Notes: generated by a model not told the origin, from the letters alone. Positions 37,938-49,389 are shown, numbered from the whole stretch's first letter. The stretch is DNA of 63,939 nt, filler included, from Chiloscyllium plagiosum (GCF_004010195.1; 6 parts of one record of this genome joined end to end with filler, not necessarily neighbours in it); one strand, 5' to 3'. Program-made: numbers and translations.

Positions 37938-40277
37938 GGAGTCAGGCAGGGCTGCCCTCTCTCTCCTGCCTTGTTTGTGTGCTGCATAGAGCCATTTGCC
38001 GAGTCCATCAGGAAGGATGCGAGCCTGAGAGGGGTGACTATTCCTGGCAGCGGGGGCTTGCAGGTTAAGGCCTCCCTGTACATGGATGACGTCGCCGTTT
38101 TCTGCTCAGATCTGCTGTCCATGCGCAGACACATGTGCATATGTGACCAGTTCGAATGGGCCTTGGGGGCCAAGGTAAACCGAGGCAAGAGCGAAGCCAT
38201 GCTCTTCGGGAACTGGGCCGACCAATCCTTCATCCCCTTCACCTTCAGGACCGACCACCTGAAGGTGCTGGGTATTTGGTTCGGAGAGGCTGGGTCGTGC
38301 GCCAAGTCTTGGGAGAAGCGTATCAGCAAAGTGAGGCAGAAACTGGGCAGATGGAAGATACGGTCGCTCTCCATCACGGGAAAAAACCTGGTCATCAGGT
38401 GTGAGGCAATGTCATTGCTGTTATACGTGGCACAGGTCTGGCCTGTTCCCAGAACCTGTGCCGCTGCAGTCACCCGGGCCATCTTCCAGTTTATATGGAG
38501 GTCAAAGATGGACCGGGTCTGAAGGGACTCGCTGTACAAAAATCTGGGCAACGGGGGAAAAAATACACCCAATGCCACCCTCACCCTGATGGCCACCTTT
38601 GTGTGTGGCTGCATCAAGCTGTGCGTGGATCCCCGGTACGCAAACACCAAGTGTCACTACATACTGAGGTTCTACCTGTCCCCGGTGTTGCAAAGGATGG
38701 GCCTGGCCTCGCTGCTGCGGAACGCTCCGAGTAGTTGGACCGTTCCGTTTCACCTGTCCTTCGTGGAGAAATTTATGAAGAAAAACACCTTTGACCACAA
38801 GTCCATCAGGAAGTGGTCAGCACGTAGTGTCCTTGAGACCCTTCGGGAAAAGGAGAGGGCAGATCCTATCGAGCGTTTCCCTGAGCAGACTGTCAAAGCC
38901 ATTTGGCAGAATGCCTCATCACCAGAACTTTCCAACAAGCACCAAGACATGGCTTGGATGGTGGTGAGAAGGGCTCTGCCTGTGAGATCCTTTATGCAGG
39001 CCCAGACTCTCAGCCGCACCGCACGCTGCCCTCGACACGGATGCGGCGGGGACGAGACTGTCACACACCTCCTTCTGGAATGTGCCTATGCAGAGGAAGT
39101 CTGGAGAGGGATGCAGTGGTGTTTGTTGAGGTTTGTCCCGAGCAGTGCCGTGACATGGGACTCCGTGCTCTACGGCCTGTTCCCCGGGACGCACACCGAG
39201 ACGAACATCAACTGTGTCTGGAGGATCATCAACTCGGTGAAGGACGCTCTCTGGGTGGTCTGAAACCTGTTGATCTTCCAGCTGAAGGAGCTGACCCCGA
39301 CTGAGTGTTGCAGACTGGCACATTCCAAGGTCCAGGACTACGTGTTGAGGGACGCGCTGAAGCTTGGGGCAGCTGCCACCAAGGCGCGGTGGGGAAAGAC
39401 CACTGTGTAACATCTGCCTGCCTAACGAAGAACCGGGGGCCCACGCAGTCATTTGGGCTCCGCTGACACCTCAGCTAAACATCTGGATGGAAAATGTACA
39501 GACTTGTATATAGAAATGATTAATTCCGATCTCTGTATGTAAAGAAATGGAATGTATATGTATGTATGGCATGACCAATTGTACAGATCATCAAATTATT
39601 TTATAAATAAGTATATTTTTGAAATTTAAAAAAAAGTCAGCTGCAGACATATCTGTCCAAGACAGTATTGGTGAGGGTGACCATTGCACAGTCCTTCTGG
39701 ATTTGAAGTCTCGCCTTCACATTGAGAATACCCTTCATCATGTTATGTGACATTATCACCATGCTAAAAGGAACAGACTTTGAACAAGATCGAGCAACTC
39801 AAGACTGGGCATCCATAGGGTGTTGAGAGTAATCATCAGCAGGAGAATTGTACAAATCTGTAACCTCATGGCCTGGCATATCCCTCAACCATTACCATCA
39901 AGCCAGGGAATCAACCCTGGTTCAATGGAGAGTGCAGGAGGGCATCCAGGAGCAGCACTAGGTATACCTAAGACTGAGGTCTCAACCTGTGAAGTTACCA
40001 ATTGGGACTACTTGCATGCTAAACAGCATGTTCAGCAAGTAATAGACAGAGTTAAGTAACCCCATAACCAATGTATCAGATCTAAGCTCTGCTGTCCTGC
40101 CCCATCCAATCTTGAATGGTGGTGGACAATTAATCTACTTACTGGAGGTGGAGGGTCCACAAATATTCCTGTCCTCAATGATGGAAGAGCCCAGCACGAG
40201 TGCAAAAGATAAGGCTGAATCATTTGCAGCAATCTTCAGCCAGAAGTGCCGAGTGGATAATTGTGTCCTCCTCCAGT

Positions 40278-40698
40278 GAATTGAATTGAATTTATTGTCA
40301 CGTGTACCAAGATACAGTGAAAAACTTTGCCTTGCGAACAATACAGGCAGATCACAGAGTTAAGTAGCATAGATAGTAAATAATAGATAAACAGCGTCAA
40401 ATCAAAAACACTGGTAACAGGTGAACATTAAGAGTTTGAGAGTCCATTCAGTATTCTAACAACAGTAAGGTAGAAACTGTTGAAAAACTGGCTGGTTTGT
40501 GTGTTGAGGCTTCTGTACCTTCTCCCTGATGGTAGAGGTTGTAGAAAAACATTGCCAGGATGGGATGGATCTTTGAGAATGCTGGCAGCCTTTCCTTGAC
40601 AGCGGGCCTGGTAGGTGGATTTTATAGATGGGAGGTTGGCCTTTGTGATTGTCCGGGCTGAGTATACCCCTCTCTGTAACCATCTCCGATCTTGAATG
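40278..40698 (-). mobile_element. Rex1/Babar LINE 3' end
   Basis: ORF 40428-40709: LQRGVYSARTITKANLPSI..RCQGKAASILKDPSHP..LPSGRRYRS..NSFY. The tail is GTGACAATAAA(TTCAA)n. Confidence 0.88.
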
Positions 40699-41381
40699 GT
40701 GTCTTTCACTGTGTCTCACACCTGCACACACACACACCATGGGTGCTGGGGATAAAATAAGCACTACCACACTTAGGTGGTAGTGTGGGGGTTAAATTAT
40801 TTTAAAAAAAAAACAAAAAAAAAGGGGGAGAAATAAGCACTACCGCACTTAGGTGGTAGTGTGGGGGAAAAGGAAAAAAAAAATAAATGGGCTGTCCCCC
40901 TTCACTGTTTTGATCACACAGCACTGCCCTTTGATGTGAAGGGACGTGTTTGTCACTGGCCAAAAAAAAAAATAAACAGGAGATTAAGGGCAGTGTTTGT
41001 CACTCGCCACTCAAAAGAAAGAAAAGAGAAAAAAAAAAGATGAACAGGAGATTTACATTGCCCTTTGTGGAAGGCACTGTTTGTCACTGGCCACCCGGGT
41101 GTTTTCCTATCTGCCTGGTGGTGGAATTTGAATAAAGATTCGTGCATTTTGTGTCTTTCACTGTGTCTCACACCTGCACACATACACCATGGGTGCTGGG
41201 GAAAAAATAAACACTACCGCACTTAGGAAAAAGAAATATATAAACAGGAGGTTGACTATCAATAATATATATATCTATTTTGATTTAGTCCCTACCCTCC
41301 CCCTCACCGTTTTGATCACACAGCACTGCCCTTTGATGTGAAGGGCAGTGTTTGTCACTGGCCACTCGGGTGTTTGCCTAT
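40699..41381 (+). repeat. Array of short hairpin-containing units separated by A-rich runs
   Basis: Recurring CACTGCCCTTTGATGTGAAGGG, TGTTTGTCACTGGCCA, CACTACC(A/G)CACTTAGG and AACAGGAG(A/G)TT. Confidence 0.85.
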
Positions 41382-41899
41382 TGTGAGTGTATGTGCAAGG
41401 ACTCTCCTTGAAGGGGACTATCCCTAGACCAGCTGCCCTACAGAGAGAGGAAGGAGAAGGAGAAGGAGAAGGAGAAGAAGAGACCAGCACTCCCACTGCT
41501 GGTCTCTGGGACCCCGCCCAGACTTGCCTCAGCTGTTGCTGCTCGGGGCCTACCTCACTGCTGCTGCCTGGGACTTGCCTTGGGGCCCCTCCCAGGATCT
41601 CCACCACTGCCACTGCTGAAGGCCCACCTCCACTGCTGCTGCCTGGGACTCAATTTTGGGGCTGCCTGGGACTTGCCTTGGGGACCCTCCCCAACAGGTC
41701 TGCCCCCACCGCCGCGGCTGAGGGCCAACCTAGGACTCGCCCGAGGCCTGCCTCTACTGCTGTTGTCGCCTGAGGCCAGCCTCCTCCACCGCTGCCTGGG
41801 ACTCGCCTTGGCCCCTCCCTACAACCTCCACCACTGCTGCTGCCGGAGGCCCACCTCCGCCGCCGCTGTCTGGGGCTTGCCAATGTCCAGCAGCAGAGT

Positions 41900-44079
41900 A
41901 TGGCGAGCCCGAAGGTCGCGGGGCCCAGCCACACCTACGCCGGGGTAGCCGCTGCCTTGGGCTCGGTTGTCCCAACCCCGGCTGCGACGTCAACCCCCTT
42001 CAGGTACCTAACCAAACGCCTGGGGGTCAAGGCCTATCCCCACCCTAACATGTCCATCGAGGCCCGCAGCAAGGCCATGGCTAGTGTGGTCGGCCCACTG
42101 GCCATCGTTGCTGCGGCCCAGATGTACGGGAAGGCCGTATTTTTCCTGAAGACCGAGCAGGCAGTCCACCTGGCCGTGGAGAGGGGGCTCACTGTGGGTG
42201 GGACACATCTGCCCGTCGACCCTCTGGAGGTTACGGCCCAGAGGGTCGTGATCTCTAACGTCCCGCCCTTCATTGCCAGCGAGCTCCTTCTCCCCCACCT
42301 CGTCACCTTGGGGGAGATCCGGTCAGGGGTCCAGCCACTCCTGCTCGGTCTGAAGGACCCTGCCCTCCGACACATCTACTCCTTCTGACGCCAGGTATTT
42401 ATTTGCCTGGCCCGGGAGGAAGTCACCGAGGGCAATTTTACCGTCCTCCACGAGGGCGTGGCCTACCGCGCCTTCTGGACGGCGGACGGCGTGCGGTGCC
42501 ACCTGTGCCACGAGGTGGGGCACATAAGGAAAAACTGCCCCACCCAGAAGGCTGCCCAGCCCGTGCCAACGGCTGATGGTGGTGCCGCCGCACACACTCC
42601 TCCTCCCTCGAAGTCAACACCTCCAGCCCCGGCACCGAAGCCAGTGGCTTCCAACACTTCAGCCTCTGGCAGGGAGGGGGGTGAGCGTCCGGCCGGCCAG
42701 AAGGCGCAGAAAAAGACGCAACGCGTCAAGCCTGCCCACGGGGAGACCACCCTATCCCCTTCCCCGACACCTAGCCCACGACCTGCCCTGCCCCGGCACG
42801 ACAATGCCCCTGCAGTCGTGCCAGCGTCGCCCCGGCGCGGGAACCCTGACCCTCAAACCCCCGAACCCGTACCTGAACCTAACCCCACTGACCCCACACC
42901 CACTCCCCATCCCGATAGAGAAACCTCTCGGGATTCAACGCCTGCCCCTGGCACTGCAACACGTGAGCCCGAGCCCGAGCCCTGCCCAACCCAGCCACAC
43001 CCTGGCACTAACCTGGGGGGAACCACCTCTGCTCCACCTCCTGCAACGACCGTGTCTCCGGGCTCCGGAGAGGGAACCGGGCCCCTGCCCCACCCACCCT
43101 CCCTCACTCACTCACCCTCCCTCACTCACTCACCCTCCCTCACTCACCCTCACTCACTCACTCACTCACTCACCCTCCCTCACTCACCCTCCCTCCCTCA
43201 CCCACCCGATAAACCGAGGGCGGGGCAGGACAGGAAGCGACACAGCTGGCCCTCCCCACCCTGGCCATGCCCCCTGTCTTCCCCAGCCATTCGTATTCCT
43301 GGAAAGGCTGGGGGAAGGGACCCCAGGCCCCATGACCACCGAGGCGGGCGGGGAGGGGAAGGCCCATAAATCCCCCCCCGGTCTCTGGGGAAGGGGCACC
43401 GGCCCTTGGAGGGGAGGGACTTTCCAGCAGCGTGCCGGCTGGGTTATCGAGGGGAGGAGGGTGTTATCCTCGCTCCTCCCTCCCAGACTGTTTTTCCCAG
43501 ACTGGCCCTGGGGGATGACCTTTTCCTGGGGGATGACTTTTTCCCCGAGGAGCCAGGCGTCCCAGTGTCGGGAGAGGAGCGGGGCCCCGAGCCTCTGCCA
43601 CCCGACGATCCGGGAAGGGGTGCGCCGAGGAAGGTACCGCCGGTGACCCTGGGGGTGGGGTCGCCGGGGGTTTGAGGCCGGTTGGCGGCGCCGGACCAGC
43701 CCTCATCCTCTCGGTGGGGGAGGGGTCGGTGACCGAGGGCGACCTCCCGGAGGAGGGTTCGGGATCGGTGGCGGACACCGGGGACGACGCGGACTCTGTC
43801 TGCAATGACATTTTTGAGTCCCAGGTGCCCCCCACCGATCTCCCCCTGATCCCCCTCGAGGAACTCCGGGAATTTGTCGAGGAAACCCGGGGTCGCCGGG
43901 ATAGAGCCCAACTAGCACTCGACCGCTGGAGCTCTTTCGAAAAAGTTTACTGGTCGACCCTCGCTGCCCGCCAGGCGCCTGGGCTCGACATTAATGAGCG
44001 AAAGCGAGTCAGGAACTTCCTGGGGGCACTCCTGGTGAGGGCGAGGACCTTCAGTGCCCCTCCCTCGTCCTCCCTGTAA
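41900..44079 (+). pseudogene. Tx1 ORF1 (gag-like CCHC zinc knuckle, Pro-rich C-terminus), disrupted
   Basis: TYAGVAAA..VGPLAIVAAAQMYGKAVFFLK..RVVISNVPPFI, an in-frame TGA at 42386-42388, CHLCHEVGHIRKNC, and later frameshifts. Confidence 0.85.
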
Positions 44080-44133
44080 ATATGTAGATAGGTTTGTTAT
44101 CTGTACTGGTGGTGGTTGCACAAAGCTTCCGAC

Positions 44134-46198
44134 ATGGAGACAACTATAGCCAGCCTCAACATCAACGGCAGCAGGGAGTTGCAGCGCAGATTCCAGACCC
44201 TCTCGGTCCTTCGGGATGGGAGGTATGCGGTGTGCTTCCTGCAAGAAACCCACACTACCCCGGGAGACGAAGCCACCTGGCTCCTGGAGTGGCAAGGGGG
44301 CTCTACATGAGTCACCTCACCCGCAGTTCTGGCGGGGTGGCTATCCTGTTGGCCCCGCATTTTCAGCCGGAGATCTTGGGGGTCAGGGAGCCAGTGCCAG
44401 GCCGTTTGCTTCACCTGACGGTTCGGCTGGGGGGCGCGGTGCTTCACTTGGTGAACGTCTACGCTCCCCTGGCCGGGCCGAGGCAAGCGAGCTTCTTCGA
44501 AGAAGTGTCCGCTCATCTCGCTTCCATCGACGAGAACCAGTGCGTCGTCCTCGGGGGAGATTTTAACTGCGTCCTCGAGGGCAGGGACCACGGCGGTGCC
44601 CGCACTGACCGCGCGTCAGGGAAGAGGTTGGGGGACTTGGCCAAGTCCTTCGACCTGGTGGACGTCTGGCGGAATCTCCATCCCGACTCCATCGCCTTCA
44701 CCTTCGTGAGGCCTGGGGTCGGAGCGTCCAGAATCGACCGCCTGTACGTTTCGCGGGCGTACGCCTCCTGTTTCCCGAAGGCCTCCACGCGGCAGGTGTC
44801 GTGCACGGACCACCACCTGGTGTGGGCGGAACTCCTTCCGTTCGGCGCCAGGCTCGGCTCCGCGTACTGGCACTTTAACAACCTGCTGCTGGAGGACGAG
44901 CGGTCCCGGGACTCGTTTCGTCGCTTCTGGGCCGGCTGGAGAAGGAAGCGGGGAAGCTTCCCCTCCCTGAGGCTATGGTGGGACGTAGGCAAGGCTCACG
45001 TCCGCGTCTTCTGTCAGGAGTACGCGAGGGGGTCGACGAAGAGGCGGAAATCCAGGATCGGGGAGTTGCTCGACCTGGAGTCACGCCCCGGTCAGCCCGA
45101 CGCGGACCCGGCCCTGCGCGGGGCGTACGAAGAGAAGAAGGCCGCGCTCCGGGACCTGCAGCTCGTCGGGGCTCGGGGCGCGTACGTGAGGTCGCGGATC
45201 CAGCTCCTCCAGGACCTGGACCGCGGCCCCCCCTTCTTCTACTCGCTGGAAAAAAGGCGTGGCACCCGTCAGCAGCTCCTTGTGCTGCTGGCCGACGACG
45301 GGTCCCTCGTCTCGGATCCGGAAGGCGTCAGGGCCCACGTCCGAAACTATTACACAGCCCTGTCCCCCCCGGATCCGTCCAGCGAGGATGCTCGCAGAGT
45401 TCTGTGGGAGGACCTGCCGCAGCCCGGCCCGGAGGACGCCGGAAGGCTCGACGCTCCCGTCACTTTGGAGGAGCTGACCGGCGCCCTCGACCGGCTCTCG
45501 AGGGGCAAAACCCCGGGGCTGGACGGGCTGACTGTGGAGTTCTTCAGGGCGTTCTGGGACGTCCTGGGGAGCGACTACGCACAGGTCCTGGGGGAGTGCC
45601 TAAATGCCGGACTGCTGCCCCTTTCTTGGCACAGGGCGGTCATCATCCTGCTGCCAAAGAAGGGGGACCTTCGTTCCTTAAAGAACTGGCGTCCGGTCTC
45701 CCTCCTCGGCACGGATTACAAAATCTTCGCCAGGGCGTTGTCTTCTCGCCTGGCCTCCGTGCTGGCCCACATGATCCACCCGGACCAGTCCTACACGGTC
45801 CCGGGCCGGAGGATACACGATAACGTCCACCTGGTCCGGGACCTGATCCATTTCTGCCGACGGGCTGGTCTGCCGAGCGCCTTCCTGTCTCTCGACCAGG
45901 AGAAGGCGCTCGACAGGGTCGATCACGAGTACCTGCTCGGGACTCTGCGGGCACTCGGGTTCGGGACGCAGTTCGTCGCCCGGATCCGACCTTTGTACGC
46001 CGCCGCAGAGTGTCTGGTTAAAGTTAACGGGTCCCTGACGGCGCCCCTTCGCTTCGGGAGAGGAGTGCGTCAAGGCTGCCCCCTGTCCGGCCAGCTGTAT
46101 TCCCTGTGCGTGGAGCCTTTCCTGCGCCCCTTGCGGAGGAGGTTGTCGGGGCTGGTCCTGCGCGGCGCGGGCACGGGGGTGGTCCTCTCAGCCTACGC
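44134..46198 (+). pseudogene. Tx1 ORF2 (APE endonuclease + reverse transcriptase), one frameshift near 44300, truncated by a gap
   Basis: METTIASLNING, FLQETH, GGVAIL, NVYAP, GGDFN, SRIDRLY, TDH, NWRPVSLL, GVRQGCPLSG, VVLSAY(A). Confidence 0.92.
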
Positions 46199-46298
46199 NN
46201 NNNNNNNNNNNNNNNNNNNNNNNNNNNNNNNNNNNNNNNNNNTTAATTAATTAANNNNNNNNNNNNNNNNNNNNNNNNNNNNNNNNNNNNNNNNNNNN

Positions 46299-46517
46299 CC
46301 CACTCACCTATTGTACTCTATGCTACTTTCTCCCCATCCCCACCCTCCTCTAGCTTATCTCTCCACGCTTCGGGCTCTCTGCCTTTATTCCTGATGAAGG
46401 GCTTTTGCCCGAAACGTCGATTTTGCTGCTCGTCGGATGCTGCCTGAACTGCTGTGCTCTCCCAGCACCACTGATCCAGAATCTGGTTTCCAGCATCTGC
46501 AGTCATTGTTTTTACCT
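46299..46517 (+). mobile_element. Penelope pLTR with an intact hammerhead core
   Basis: CTGATGA AGGGC TTTT GCCC GAAA CGTC at 46391-46418. Confidence 0.88.
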
Positions 46518-47009
46518 CAGATCTGCCATAACTACATTGAGAACATAATTCATCCTATTCATAGAGGAGAAAATTCAATTCATGTCTCAACATCTGAATG
46601 TCCCACAGGTATTTACAGCTGACAAAGTATGTTGCCAAATGCAGTTGTAGTCAACAAAATATGGCAGCCATAAAACATAAAAACATCAGTGCAGTAGTTC
46701 ACCAAGCATCTGATCTGAAGGTATCGGTAAAGGGACGAAATGCCTGGTCTGAAAGATAACTCTTCTGAAAGTTCAGCGTTCTCTCAGTACTGCACAGAAG
46801 TGCCAATCTAGGTGATGTGTTCAAGCCTTTGGAGTAGGAGGTTAATGCTCTTCTGAGATGAAGATGAAAGTACTACCACCACCACCTTATTTTCAACCCA
46901 AACAATTAGCATCAACCCAAAAAGGTGCTCCCCAATTAACACCCATCCCTTACTATATCAGTGTGGGCTTTCACCATTTTCACACTATCCATGTTGCGGT
47001 GTTACAGCT

Positions 47010-47675
47010 TCAGCTGAGGCTCAGTGAGTAGTCCCTGAGTCAGAACATTTTGTTTGTAAATCACACTCCAGAGTCCTGTGCAGAGCGATGAACAAGCTAA
47101 CAGGTCAGTGAAGTACTGAGAGAGTGCTGCACTCTCAGAAGTGTCACCTTGAAGATGAAAACTTTGGTCTTGCCTACCCTTTCAGATTCCACAGCATTAT
47201 TTTGGAAAAGAGCAGGTGAGTTATGCCGGTTGTGTGGTGCTGGAAAAGCGCAGCTGGTCAGGCAGCATCGGAGGAGCAGGAGAGTCGATGTTTCAAGCAA
47301 AAGCCCTTCATCAGGGATTTTGCCTGAAACATTGATTCTCCCGCTCCTCGGATGCTCCCTGACCAGCTGTGCTTTTCCAGCACCACACTCACGAATCTAA
47401 TCTCCAGCATCTGCAGTCCGCACTTTTGCTGAGTTATTCCGGATGGCCTAGCCAATCAATCTTAAATCAATATCATTAAAAAATGTTTACCTGGTCATTA
47501 GCAGGTTGGTGCTTTGGGGCACTTGCTGTATGGCAATTGACTCTGACTTTGTATTTACCACATTACAACAGTGACTTCCCTTCACAGTAAATAATTGGTG
47601 CACGGATAGTGGGTTGCTTTGGGACATCCTGTGGCCATGAAAGGAGCTATATAAGTGCATTTCTTTAATTTTCTT
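47010..47675 (+). repeat. Deu-domain-type SINE, decayed and interrupted by a PLE; related copies at ~46640-46880 (-) and ~47837-48190 (-)
   Basis: GTACTGAGAGAGTGCTGCACT...CTGGTCATT...CTTGCTGT...CATTACAACAGTGACT...GCTTTGGGACATCCTG...GCTATATAAGTGCA resembles AmnSINE/SacSINE-type bodies (from memory). Confidence 0.6.
47230..47429. mobile_element. Palindromic Penelope pLTR-derived element with a TSD
   Basis: Inverted arms; TGAGTTAT(G/T)CCGG at 47217-47229 and 47430-47442. Confidence 0.85.
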
Positions 47676-48233
47676 CATTATTCATTCAGTGCCTGTCAGC
47701 ATTGAATTTGGAGTAGTTTGTGCTGTGGGCTGAAAGCCATTATTCCCACGGAAGTAGATTTCATTAACTTGGATAACCAGAAGACAACTCACACTGCAGT
47801 AATTTTGCCTCAGTTTCTAACCAGTTCAGTTCTATGAAAGAAAGGAAAGTGGTATTTATGTAGCAGGTCTCACAACCTCAGGATGTTTCAAAGTGCTTCA
47901 CAGTGAGGGAAGTGAAATCGTGGATGTCAGTTGTTCTTAGCAATATTTCACAAATAGGAATGGAGTAATAACCAGGTGATCTGTTTTAATAATGCTCGTT
48001 GAAGGATGAAGATTGATCAGGATGCAAGGACGACTTCTTCCAAATAGTGGCTTGGAATCTTTGACATTTATCAGGGTCTGAGCTTAACATCTGTCCTGAA
48101 ATTGGACAGCATTCCCTCGTAGTTGCACAGAAATATCATTACAAGACTCTGGAATGTCGTTTGGGATGACCTTCTGACTTTGAGTTAAATAGAAATCATG
48201 GGATTTCCAGCTTTCCCATTGATATAATCCTGT

Positions 48234-48445
48234 GATAGGGTCAGGGTTAGGTTTAGGGCCAGGGGTTAGGATCAGATTAAGCTCAGGTTAGGGATAGGTT
48301 AAAGGTTAGGGTTGGGGTTAGGGTTTGGGATTAGGCTTTGGGGTTCAGGTTAGGGTTGGGTTTAGGGTTAGGATTAGGTTTAGGGTTGGGTTGGGATTAG
48401 GTTTAGGGTTGGGGTCGCGGTTGTGATTGGGTTTAGGGTTAGGGT
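48234..48445 (+). repeat. Degenerate telomere-like (TTAGGG)n tract
   Basis: About 210 bp of TTAGGG/TTGGGG/TTAGGT/TCAGGG variants. Confidence 0.8.
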
Positions 48446-49389
48446 CATTTTTCTTGAAACACAGGGGTCAGCAACATCATGTTGAATGTGGAGTCTGTCA
48501 ATTATAAACTGGAGATTCCTGCTGACAGGAAAATGGTTTCATTCACCAAGAACACTGATGATGTCTGTTCATTGGCAAAACAATTAAGTCCCGTGACTAA
48601 AGTACTGGGCTTTGTTGCATTCTGATGATGTGAGGTAATGGTGTAAATGCACTCTGACTGGAGTGTAGGGGCTGTTTGTTATGGTGTTTCCAAGACTGAC
48701 TACGCCAACCTTACAAGCCACCCTGGTCCGGGTTGACCTGGCGATTGGGCTTTCAGCAGCCATGGTATCTACTGTGACACAGTCACATCTCTGTGACCCT
48801 GAAGGTCTCAATTACATCGACTCACCGTCACTTTCAATTATGACAATGAACAGTTACCAAGTGACAACATGGTACTTTTGCACACACTCACTGAATTGCT
48901 CACTCATACTCTATCCAACCTTCAGTCCGGGGAACAGACCCAATAACGCAGAGACACTGCTTTGGATTTGTGGGATCCTGTAATGCAGAGATGACCCAGG
49001 GTCCAAACTCCAAATATTCAGTAGTGGCAATGCCAAGTTCCCTTTCTCTGACCTGTTCGTTTAAGTATGTTGTTGCTGAGGTCAGGTCAAATCAAAGGCA
49101 TGCTTTTAAAATGACAGGAAACAGAAAAGATGATGATTGAAACGAGATGCCACCTTTTTTAGTTCCTCCTGTCATAACTATTCCCTGGCCAAAACGAAAT
49201 GACCTCAAGCCGTAAAACAGAATTACATAGAAATTACAATTATATACTGACACGGAAACAAACCATTTGTTCCAACTAATCCTGCTCCAGATGAACACCC
49301 CCCCCCCCCTCCAGTATTCCTAAATACACTTTCTTTCTATATTCCTAACTTCCCCTGTTGAACAATTACTCATCTACTATAGTCTCAAA

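Larger units (their letters stand above)
35485..39635 (+). mobile_element. Tx1-clade L1 element, internally deleted and U1-headed (outer copy)
   Basis: 5' UTR, then an ORF1 N-terminus (GQGIRKTVTVKKV..VDRTVFAKKVLLECCRF). ORF2 pieces are LYDAKPTDSAISQTFL (~37386), GVRQGCPLSPALF, YMDD and CPRHGCGGDETVTHLLLEC. Poly(A) ends at 39635. Confidence 0.85.
34658..40277 (+). mobile_element. APE-endonuclease LINE (RTEX-like, clade uncertain) with a tRNA-like head; pieces 34658-35484 and 39636-40277 are split by Tx1
   Basis: B-box GGTTCGAATCC at 34732-34742. My translations give ITIPGYSLSHWQDRPSRVGCTVIYSQ (~35090), WVGDFNV (35341) and RGKNVLDL (35455). Coding resumes with DSIGEGDHCTV (39661). Confidence 0.7.
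41382..46198 (+). mobile_element. Young GC/CpG-rich Tx1-clade L1 element (5' UTR, ORF1, ORF2), cut by a gap
   Basis: Repetitive 5' UTR, ORF1 with a zinc knuckle, and ORF2 with APE + RT. Confidence 0.92.

Noticed and set aside
40699..41381. CRISPR-like or LTR interpretation of the repeat array
   Set aside because: Vertebrate context, irregular unit lengths, A-runs instead of unique spacers, and no TG..CA termini with a TSD.
42463..46073. Many long overlapping or antisense ORFs
   Set aside because: Shadow ORFs caused by the high GC of the Tx1 element.
48681..48983. 100-aa ORF in unique-looking sequence
   Set aside because: No motif or convincing splice structure; the length is compatible with chance.
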